DNA of 62,914 bases, the filler included, from Stramenopiles sp. TOSAG23-3 (Eukaryota): NCBI GenBank assembly GCA_900128585.1. It is 19 parts of 19 records of this genome, joined end to end, with 100 filler letters (N's around TTAATTAATTAA, not from the genome) between each part and the next. Parts side by side here need not be neighbours in the genome. Positions count along the whole stretch, not along the records: positions 23,273 to 26,489 come from LT644351.1; positions 26,590 to 29,805 come from LT644352.1; positions 29,906 to 33,120 come from LT644353.1; positions 33,221 to 36,434 come from LT644354.1; 15 more parts are not named here. One strand, given 5' to 3'. A model generated the notes under the pieces. The model did not search any database. It saw only the letters and a program-made list of their open reading frames with translations, and had not been told where the DNA came from. Every line of letters begins with the position of its first letter. The stretch's first letter is position 1. This document shows positions 23,846 to 33,243 of this stretch, one piece after another. The position numbers were made by a program, and so were the translations under genes.

Positions 23846-26224
23846 TTAAGCAGTAACTTCGGCTAAATTTACTTCGGCTAACTTGTCCTTGTATGCTTGA
23901 CAATTCCTTCTGTCATGCCCCACTAGTTTGCAGAACCCACACCGGCGCGGTGCCCGGCCCGCATGGGGTTTCTTTCCGTACTCCCCCAGGTCAAGTCCTT
24001 TGTACTTCTTTGCCTGCATCCTTCTCAATTTCTTATTCCTTGGCTTCCTTTTAGGAAACCTAAGCTTCTGTTTTCGTTTTAAAAGACGGCCCTGTTCCAG
24101 CTTGGCCAGCCTCTCTTCCTGGAAAGGAGTGGGGGGTATACCCAGAGCTGTTAGCAGCGCTGAATAGAGCCCACTGAAGCCCCCCTCATTCAAAAAAAGA
24201 CAAACGGCCATAGCGCAGATATCGTACCGCACAGAATTTGGAGAGAAAAGACGCTTGTCCATCATTGCTATCATGATGAAGTTTGACGACTCTATGGCAT
24301 TGGTATTGGCCCCTGTAATGTACTTTGCAATTACCTCATCCTTTCCATGCATGTTTAAGAACTCTTCTAAAATTGGAATGCAGGGGTTTTCTGTAGTACT
24401 GGTAGACGACACGGTAGGAGAAATAGTTAGATTCTTATTTACGTTAGAATCAAAACTTCTACTTCCCATGCTGCCCTCTGTACTCTTCGTCTCTTCTGAC
24501 GGCGGTGTTGGTGGATCATGCTTCTTTCGCTTTTTCTTCTTTTTCTTCTTCTCTGGTTTTGGCAGTGGTGCAGGAAATGACACAGGAGTTAACGGAACTC
24601 GGTTCGTTCTACGCTGTTTTATTTCCCAGCAGCGACGCAACGAACAAAAACTATTCGGTTCCTGACATCTTCCTGTTAAGTGGAAAATGCACATATCTCT
24701 CAGCTGTTTCCTAGCTGTCTCCACGTCTCTATTTTTGATCATAATATCACGGAAAACTTTTGACAGATATCGTATTGCCTCCGTACTACAAGGCCAAGTA
24801 TTACGGTTCCCCTTTTTTTTGTAATGCCGCGGAAGGTCGCTCTCTTTGAACAGTTTTACAAAACTCTTTGCAATATTTTTTGCACCGTGGCGAAGGCACA
24901 GAAGTTCTTTCAGCTCAGGTGTAAACCCTGCCTCTGGGTGGGTGGCAAGATACGCTTCTTTGGCATTTTTTGCCTTGATGAAACCTGTCGTATCGTCGTC
25001 ATGAATTATGGTTACTACGTCGAGCCCAAATTCCAATAAATCAACGACAAATTGACTTAATCCTACTGGATCCATCGATCCAGCAGAGCCAGGAAAAACC
25101 TCCGTATCAAAGACCATGTCGCTGTCTTCATGTTCAAACCAATTCTTGATGTTTTTGAAGTACTTCGACCTTTTGAACCTACCTGGCAACTCACGATGAT
25201 AACTGTGAACGCCGACGCAATTCCGCGTGGGCTGTAAATCAACGCCGTCCGGCGAGAGAATTAGTCCGATGACATGTCCATCAAGACTATTCCACCCCCA
25301 TCTCTTCTGCCACCTGCCGTCTGTGGCAAGAGCAACAGGGATAGGCCTGGAAATTGGGTGGTCTGGGTGGGCTTTCTTGTAAGAGGCTATATATTCAATA
25401 ATAGCCCTTTTCACGCTCTGCCGGTGGAGCTCTTTAATTTTCGGCAAAATTACTCGTGCTTGTATTTGATCTAGAGTCGAATCGGCCGGGGTAGAGACAC
25501 CATTTAATATGTCCGTTCTACGATTAGAACTTTTGCTTCCACTAAAGGTTGAGTTTATTGCTTTGATAACATTTCTCTCAAGATATGAACGCTTTCCTAT
25601 TTTCACCTTTTTTTGTGTTTCAACGCGTCTCACAACCTCCCCAGTTGCCTTGCTCATTGCAATTAAAGATCGCGACCGAGGCTGAATTAGTACGCGAGTG
25701 CCTGGTGGTGTCAACGAGTTTAACATTTTCTCGTCCACCAGGACTTTATGTCCTTCGTGCCGTTCCTGCCAGTTGAACGTTGTCTTCGCATTTGGCGTCT
25801 CTGACATTTGACGTTTTTTTGGTTCATTGATACGGCGTCCATACCTGCTTGTTTGTTTAGGAACGTTCTCCATTTGGATTGGTTCTGCAAGGGTTTCCGT
25901 GTTTCGGAAACGTGTACTCAATTTCAAGTCTGTCTCTTCCTCGTCGCTGCTCTCTGCCTCGTCCTCAACAACCTCTCCCCCCCCCCCGTACCCACAGTGA
26001 ACACATTTTCGTTCAGTTGGGCTTTCTCCCTTTTCTCGTTGCAATGCTCTACGTGCGCACTTTATTTGTTGGCGATAAGATTTTGCACGCCTCCTCCAGT
26101 AATGAGTGCGTTCAGCACAGTTTACGTCATATTTCTTCTTCAAATCCTGAAGTAAAGAACAGCATGGACTATTGCATTCAAACGGTTGCACAGGTGTCGT
26201 CGGCAGCGTTGCCGATGCTGCCAT
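23846..26224 (-). mobile_element. DDE transposase of the Mutator-like/Kolobok group with C-terminal CCHC zinc knuckle
   Basis: ATDGRWQKR (D1), GSAGSMD, IIHDDDT (D2), CLRH (CxxH), NTNAIES (E), CGFCKLVGHDRRNC. Confidence 0.85.
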
Positions 26225-26413
26225 AGCAATTGGTGAGCCACTTCAACTTGGGAGATTTGATCGTTTCCAAGGCTTTCTCCAGTTCCAAAAGACTTTACGC
26301 AAGCCTTCGGTCGAGTATATAATAATTATCATAATAAAAAATAACAAAAAAAGTTATTTTTTCCCAAAGAAGAAGTTAATGCTATTCGCTGTTATGAAAT
26401 CAGCCCCAAAATA

Positions 26414-26464
26414 TTTTCCTATCAAATTTTTTTAGCTTTTGCATTTCTTAATTTGATAGGAAAA
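26414..26464. repeat. 15-bp perfect inverted repeat upstream of the transposase
   Basis: TTTTCCTATCAAATT, 21-nt spacer, AATTTGATAGGAAAA. Confidence 0.85.
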
Positions 26465-28035
26465 ACAACCGATTTGGCCCACTACTCCANNNNNNNNNNN
26501 NNNNNNNNNNNNNNNNNNNNNNNNNNNNNNNNNTTAATTAATTAANNNNNNNNNNNNNNNNNNNNNNNNNNNNNNNNNNNNNNNNNNNNGTGTAGTTTAG
26601 AAGAAGCCACAATATGCCTTCTATGTAAAATTGAGAAAAAAGATTAGTCATGCTATAAAGGTCTGGATAAAACTCTTGTTAATGCTTCATTGAAACTTTG
26701 TGCAAACTTCATCATCACAAATAATAATAATATTATTATTTATTAGAAAAATATAATAATTATTTTTTTATTTATTTTTTATTTTTACATTACAGTAGAC
26801 GACCATATTATTATTATTAATTTTATTTATTAAACAACATAATGACAATGATGAATAATATAATATCTATAATAATAATAATAATACTGTACTACGGTAA
26901 TAGATACTGCTATATAATTAAATTATTTTATTACAAACATCAAAGCAGAAGGTCTCTACTGCACAACAATAAAAAGCTTCTTCTTCCTTCCTCCTCCTCT
27001 TTCCTACTTCCTCCTCCTATCAAATTAATTTCAGAAAATAATTTTTATTACTGTACTGTATACTGTACTATAAAGATTATTTATTTACTTTACGATGCGT
27101 TATAGATAGCAGGGAGCGACGAATCGGTAGAGACAACATAGAAGGCACAGAGAGAGGGACTGCAAGAAGAAGCAACGAGATGAGACCGTCGTGCTGGTAA
27201 CACCACACAGCTATATTCTTGTATTTTCATCCAGGCCGAGATTTCGGCAATAATTATACATAGTGTTGCTACAGTTTAATACCCTTCGTCCCAAATTTGC
27301 GGGCATACAAAGGCCATTTAATAAATGTTTAAGGGTACAATTTACAGTATCAACTGGGCAGCAAGCCATCGTTGTTAAATAATACAACTCGACTATTGGA
27401 AGGAAAAGGAGAGATATGCTATTACTATACCTTAACAAAATATTACCAAAATTTTTGTCGTTTTCGGAATACAAAACGACCTCATGCTGTTGCAATTTGT
27501 TGGTTGGGCAGTTTCGACTTTAAAAAAAAGATGTTTTCTGTGGAACACATCGTTTTTTTTGTGCCAGGTACACAGGGTGACCAGCAGTAGAGGATTCACA
27601 GCAGTGATAGAACATTGTTAAAAAAGAAGGCAAGCAGCCTGTCGAATAAAAATACACCTATCTAAAATTTGTAATTAAATTTAGTAGTCGTCTATACAAT
27701 TTGATTCTCTATATATAATTAATTAATTTTGCTCAGAAGAAAGAAGAAAATTCGAAATTATTCTTGACTTCGATTTTCTTCAGATAGGTAATACGATATC
27801 AACAATAATACAGTACTATTAACATATAAATACGATTATTCCTAAAGAAAGATATTAGATGTCATTACGGCGTCGTCCGTCGTCCGTCGTCCGTCTTACG
27901 AAGAAGTACTGAACGGTGGTAGCAATTTTCTTCTCTTTCAAAAACCCGAAGAGTATAATAATGGGTAAAACGCTCTGCTACATAAATCAAGAATGACCAG
28001 CCACTGTTCCTCTGCAAATTGTAGACATAACCCCT

Positions 28036-29058
28036 TCACATAATCTCCGCGAGCTCGTCTTCCATGATTTCTTCCGCAGAGCGTGCGCGCTTCTTGGGTC
28101 GTTCAGATCCTTCATCGCCAGATTCGTCAGAGGAAGAATCATCGGAGGAGGAGGAATCGTCGTCCGACGACGACGATTCTGCGGCTCGTTTCGCAGTGCG
28201 CTTCGCGGCACTTTCTTCCGCCTTTTTTCTCTGTTCTTCTACCTTTTTCTCTTGTCTGATTTTCACAATCTTGTCGACGGCTTGGGCTTTGTAAAAATTT
28301 AGGGAATTGTCCCAAAACGAGTTATTCCCGTATTTTACAGTGTCCCAGCCATGGTCTGATTTTCTCTCTGGCTGAATCTTCTGTATTGCATACAATGAGA
28401 AACTACTCGGATTCTGAAAACTTTTCCCATCATACAGTATCACTCCTTCATCTGTGAGGTCACCAACTATTTCCGTTCCTTTCCAAGTAATCTTTAAGAC
28501 CCCTTTACCAGCAGCTATGGTTTTTACATCTAACATTTCTTTCAGAGTAATGCGTATATTCGTTTTCGTGCTGCCCCCCTCTTTCTCTTTCCACTCTTTA
28601 TAACAATTATCCAGCACTGGAATCAAGTACTCGAAATCACATTCTTTTAGAGCTTCTCGAATATCCGGGGCAGCGATCATCTTCCGCCCGTTCTCTTTCG
28701 TTAGGTCAATTGCGACATAAGCGATGGCCCTGGAAAAAGCCTCAAAAGACCTTGTCAGGGCTTGCTGGGCATTCTTGTCAACTGAAAAACCCTCGGGCAG
28801 TTGTTTTTCCACCAATCTCTGAACACTTGCGTTTGGCACAAGGGGCTTTACTTTCCCAGGAACCATCTCCTTGCCAGCGAAGCCGACTTCAGTAGTTTTT
28901 GGGCTTTGTTCCTCGTCTGGTTTGCTATTTTCTTCAGGTGCAGACGTGCTATTTCCCTCAGAGACAGACTCCTGCGGTGCAGAGACTGGCAGTTCAGGGG
29001 CAGAGGGTGTAGACACCGACGACTGCGTATTGGGGGGGGCAGCGACAGCAGTGCTCAT
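28036..29058 (-). CDS. NF-YB/POLE3(DPB4)-type histone-fold protein fused to a RAMA domain
   Basis: VPNASVQRLVEKQLP..RKMIAAPDIREALKECDFEYLIPVL (histone fold); ITLKEML..GDLTDEG..FQNPSSF..GWDTVKY (MPND-type RAMA). Confidence 0.8.
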   Translation of the reverse strand: MSTAVAAPPNTQSSVSTPSAPELPVSAPQESVSEGNSTSAPEENSKPDEEQSPKTTEVGFAGKEMVPGKVKPLVPNASVQRLVEKQLPEGFSVDKNAQQALTRSFEAFSRAIAYVAIDLTKENGRKMIAAPDIREALKECDFEYLIPVLDNCYKEWKEKEGGSTKTNIRITLKEMLDVKTIAAGKGVLKITWKGTEIVGDLTDEGVILYDGKSFQNPSSFSLYAIQKIQPERKSDHGWDTVKYGNNSFWDNSLNFYKAQAVDKIVKIRQEKKVEEQRKKAEESAAKRTAKRAAESSSSDDDSSSSDDSSSDESGDEGSERPKKRARSAEEIMEDELAEIM

Positions 29059-30165
29059 TGTGTGCTAGTAGTGTAGTTATATTTTCAAAAGCAAGCGGTG
29101 CGAATATCGTTCAATGGTACCAAATGCGTTAAAATTGAGATAAAAACTTGGATTGCTCTAATCTTTTTATTGGGAAAGTCAGCGCAATCTACATGATCAA
29201 ATAGAAGATATGTTATAATTGAAGCAAACAATCGAACACATCATATTTAGTATTATTATATTATTGCCCTACTATATATTATAATATATAATAATACCTT
29301 CGACGACGACGATCCGATGGAACAACAAATAAATAATAATAATAAAATTAATTATTATTATTATTTTTTATTAGACGACTATCTACACAGCAGTATTATT
29401 TTATTATTTAATTTTTTTTACTTTTTTTTTTGTTTCCTTCTGCTGTATTGTACTGTACTATTAATACATTATTTTTTAAAAATATTTTTTTAGTCGTTCT
29501 TCTTCTACCTGCTCAGCATGGCGCCAACACGACATGCTGAGCCACGACAGGGGACAGGGCCAGGAGGAGAGCAGGAGGCCAAAATAGTAGAGGAATGATG
29601 ATTATTATTTTTTTATAGTTTAGTTACTGTAATGTGTAATGGAAGAATAGAAGAACGACGACTATTAGATAAATAAAATAATAATAAAAAAAGCAAATCT
29701 TGTCCTCTCCTTCATTCCATTCATATTAATACATCATTCAGTCCTTCAAAAAAAAACAAAAAATACTAAAATATAATACAGTATCATCATCCATCACTCA
29801 CGTCTNNNNNNNNNNNNNNNNNNNNNNNNNNNNNNNNNNNNNNNNNNNNTTAATTAATTAANNNNNNNNNNNNNNNNNNNNNNNNNNNNNNNNNNNNNNN
29901 NNNNNTTATTATTATTATTATTGAATGTTATCATTTTTTCAAGCAACAAGGGCTGTACGTACGTTTTTTCGAACTCCACCCCAGCGATCGACGAAAAGGA
30001 ATGGGAAGTTTTTATAAAAAAGGAAACTGAAAAGACGATAAAGAAGGGACGGAACGTTTTCTATTTTATTCTATTATCTTCGCATTTTCGTTTCTTTCCT
30101 TCTTCATTTTTCCCGTGGGTTACGGGAGGCAACGAGGGTTTCTTTTTGTTCGATTCCTAGGAACG

Positions 30166-30738
30166 ATGGCGTCGGTGATAACGGCGTGGATATCCGAGTG
30201 GTATGTTTATGTTTTGAAAACGCTTGGGTTCGCAAACAGAGAGGCAACGGTGGTAGTCGTCGGTCTGGACAACGCGGGGAAAACCACGCTGTTGCACCGT
30301 CTAAAGACGGGGACCGTGCGGTCGTTTGCTCCGACGGAGCGGGTGAAGGAGCAGTCGTTCAAGATCGGCGGCGTGAACTTTACGGGGTGGGATTTGGGAG
30401 GCCACGACGCCGTGAGACACTTGTGGGCGGAGTATTATGTAAAGCACGACGCGATCGTTTTTATGGTAGATTGCACCGATGTGAAGCGCTTTGAAGAAGC
30501 GCAGGTAGAGCTGGAAGAAATCCTGAGCGACGAGGACGTGGACGAAATTCCAGTGCTCATCCTGTCCAATAAGATCGACCGGAAAGATGCAGTAGTTTTG
30601 GACGACGTCATCAAAGCCGTGGGGGCTGACGGGAAATGGCCGGATCGGAAGGCTCCGTTACGGGCGTTCGAGGTGTCAATCCTGAAAGGGATTGGGTACG
30701 AGGACGCCTTCCAGTGGCTTGCCTCGCAGCTGCCATGA
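30166..30738 (+). CDS. Sar1-subfamily small GTPase, divergent
   Basis: GLDNAGKTTLLH, WDLGGH (Sar-type His), NKID, GYEDAFQWL, amphipathic N-terminus. Confidence 0.9.
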   Translation: MASVITAWISEWYVYVLKTLGFANREATVVVVGLDNAGKTTLLHRLKTGTVRSFAPTERVKEQSFKIGGVNFTGWDLGGHDAVRHLWAEYYVKHDAIVFMVDCTDVKRFEEAQVELEEILSDEDVDEIPVLILSNKIDRKDAVVLDDVIKAVGADGKWPDRKAPLRAFEVSILKGIGYEDAFQWLASQLP

Positions 30739-31230
30739 CACGGGCAGGCCTGAAGTAAAGTTTCACGAAGTACTCGCGCACGTGCATTCGGCCCTGGGCT
30801 CAAACTGTACCGTATAATTATCCGTGTACACTTTTTTTTGAAAACAAACATTTCACATTTTCATAAAAAAACTATTTTTTTATTTTTTTCTTGTTTACAC
30901 ACCCGATGAAAACTTTTATTTGCAACCCTCCTCAATCTTTAAAAAACAAATTATATTAAATTTCAATTACTATAAAAAATAACAGCCAAATTTTTCTTGT
31001 TTATACTAGAGTATGCTCACATACTATATCACTATCAATAGTTTTTTTTATAGAGTATGCTTTAATCTTAAAATAATGTATCTCTCTTGTCGCACCCTGC
31101 TAAATTCGTAGCTTTTCTATTTTCGCCTTTCAACTTTTTAAAAACTTTATGTACAGTGTGTACCGGTCCGCGATGATCTTCATTAATCGTAAGTGCCCCA
31201 ACCGCAGCACGCACGCCCCCTGCCTTCATT

Positions 31231-32682
31231 TTAGAACGCCATTTCTTCCTCGTCGCACACGTCTGGTCTTGGGTCGTCTAGGAGCTTTACCGTTTCCGAG
31301 CGCGCTTTGGCTTCCCAGAGGTCCCGGGCAAGGACTTCCCAATTGGGCGAATGCTGCGATTTCAGCCATTTGAAATCGTTCACCTCTTTCCACATGCCCG
31401 ATTTCCTCAGCAAGTTCGCAGCTCTCAGCTGTTCGGGGAGTTCTGGGTAATCTAAGTTGTACGGGGCAAAGAAGAGCTTCGTGCAATCTTCTATTATGGG
31501 GTGGCTCAAGGCATGCAAATGAAAAACGCACTCTTCACTATGGTGAAGCCTAATTTGGCGACTGGCCAGCCAAAATTTTGTGTTGGTGCAGTAATGCAGG
31601 AGCAGCGACCCGGCGATCGGCCCCCCGTACACAAAGCAGTTGGTCAGCTTGTCTACTCGGAGCGCGCTCATCGTATCTTTAAGAACTACGACGCAGTCCG
31701 TCAAATTGTACAGGACCACGTCGCCCCCCGTCTTCAGCTGTCCCGGCTCGACGTGGATGACCTCCCCCGTCTTGTTTTCGATCGACAGATCGTACGAGGA
31801 GCGGTCGATTTCAGGGTACTTGCCCGCGCTATCGACGTCCCCAGCGAATCCACTGCCGAGGACGATTGGTGCAAGCTCGGATGCGGCGGCGGGAACGTCC
31901 GTTTTCATCTCCTTCTTAGCCTTCGCCCGTTTAGATTTGAACGAGAAGCGCTTCCTAGGCTGCAGCTGCTCTTTCACCTCCTTCGCCCGCTTCTTCATGG
32001 CGCTGATCTTCGTGTTCGCCGTCCGGCGGTCGAAGCCCGGGAGAAACATTGCCGACGTCGAGAGAATGGTCTGGACCTCGTCGATCTTGGGAAAGACGTT
32101 GTCGACCTCCACCATGAGCTGCTCGATCTCCGCTTTCGGGGTGGTCGCCGTTTTCTTCGCCAGCACACCGTCCAAAAACCTGTTGATGGACTCCTGGCGG
32201 ACCTTGAACCGCTGCCAGAACACGTCCACGGACTCGTTCGGGTCCTCCAACTTCGCTTTCAAAGCCCGCTTCGCGGCGTGCGCCTCGAACCTCGCCTGGA
32301 TCTTTGCCGCCTGGATCGCGTCCATCCTCTCCTTTGCCTTGAGCTGACGCGCGGCCTTTTTCTCCGCATCCTTTTCGTTGAACGACACTTCGTACAGGGT
32401 GGTATCGTTCCCTTGGGCCTGGTCTTTCACCTTCACGCTGTTGAGCGTCTCCACGTCCACGTCGGAGTAGCCCTTCTTTCGCAGCATTTTCGCCAGCTGC
32501 TTGAGCTTTACGCCCTCCGGGAGGCTCGCATCGAACAAAATGATGGAGCGACACTTTCGGTAGACGTCAACCGGTGCCGGCGGGAGCTGATCGTTGCCCT
32601 TTCGCTGGGCCTCCAAGTAGGTCGCCGCTTGCTCTTGGGCAGCGACCAGGTCGTTTGAATTCGGGGTCGCGAAACTTGCCAT
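31231..32682 (-). CDS. TBCC: Tubulin-specific chaperone C with N-terminal extension
   Basis: FLPGFDRR and PRKRFSFKSK (TBCC N-terminal domain); GPIAGS, ASRQIRLH, PIIEDC, FAPY, VNDFKWLKSQHSPNW. Confidence 0.93.
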   Translation of the reverse strand: MASFATPNSNDLVAAQEQAATYLEAQRKGNDQLPPAPVDVYRKCRSIILFDASLPEGVKLKQLAKMLRKKGYSDVDVETLNSVKVKDQAQGNDTTLYEVSFNEKDAEKKAARQLKAKERMDAIQAAKIQARFEAHAAKRALKAKLEDPNESVDVFWQRFKVRQESINRFLDGVLAKKTATTPKAEIEQLMVEVDNVFPKIDEVQTILSTSAMFLPGFDRRTANTKISAMKKRAKEVKEQLQPRKRFSFKSKRAKAKKEMKTDVPAAASELAPIVLGSGFAGDVDSAGKYPEIDRSSYDLSIENKTGEVIHVEPGQLKTGGDVVLYNLTDCVVVLKDTMSALRVDKLTNCFVYGGPIAGSLLLHYCTNTKFWLASRQIRLHHSEECVFHLHALSHPIIEDCTKLFFAPYNLDYPELPEQLRAANLLRKSGMWKEVNDFKWLKSQHSPNWEVLARDLWEAKARSETVKLLDDPRPDVCDEEEMAF

Positions 32683-33243
32683 TCTAGTCGTCGAAGTGTG
32701 TGTATAATAATAAAATATAAACAGCAACAACAAATGGGAGGGGGTTGGAATACGTGTATGTAAATGTGCGTGTGAAAATGTTTAAAGTAAGAAAACTGAA
32801 CTCATCTGTTTGTGTGTATATATTTAGTGCACTTGATCAAGTAAAAAGAAAGAAAGAAAAGTAGTTGAATGGAGGAGAAGAAGAAGAAGAAAAGAAGGTA
32901 TATTATAATTAAATAATAATTGATTATTATTATATTATTATGTTTTAAATTAACGGCCTTGGTGCTATGTAGATGTATTAACATTGGTTTGAATTCTATT
33001 TCTTTCAATAATAAAAAATAAAAAAAAAAAATGAAAATAATAGCTAGTACATATAGTAAATAGAAGAAGAAAGGAAGAAAGAAAGAGAAGGAAGAAAGAA
33101 AGAGAAGAAAGAAAGAAAGANNNNNNNNNNNNNNNNNNNNNNNNNNNNNNNNNNNNNNNNNNNNTTAATTAATTAANNNNNNNNNNNNNNNNNNNNNNNN
33201 NNNNNNNNNNNNNNNNNNNNAACAATACAACTTCGTGTTTACA

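Noticed and set aside
27292..27425. Group I intron P/Q/R/S-like words
   Set aside because: No UAGUC partner for GACUA (P7) and no host gene.
31501..32658. Long antisense ORFs over TBCC (also 8062-9327 and 10460-11290)
   Set aside because: Shadow ORFs expected from GC-rich codon usage on the opposite strand; no protein motifs.
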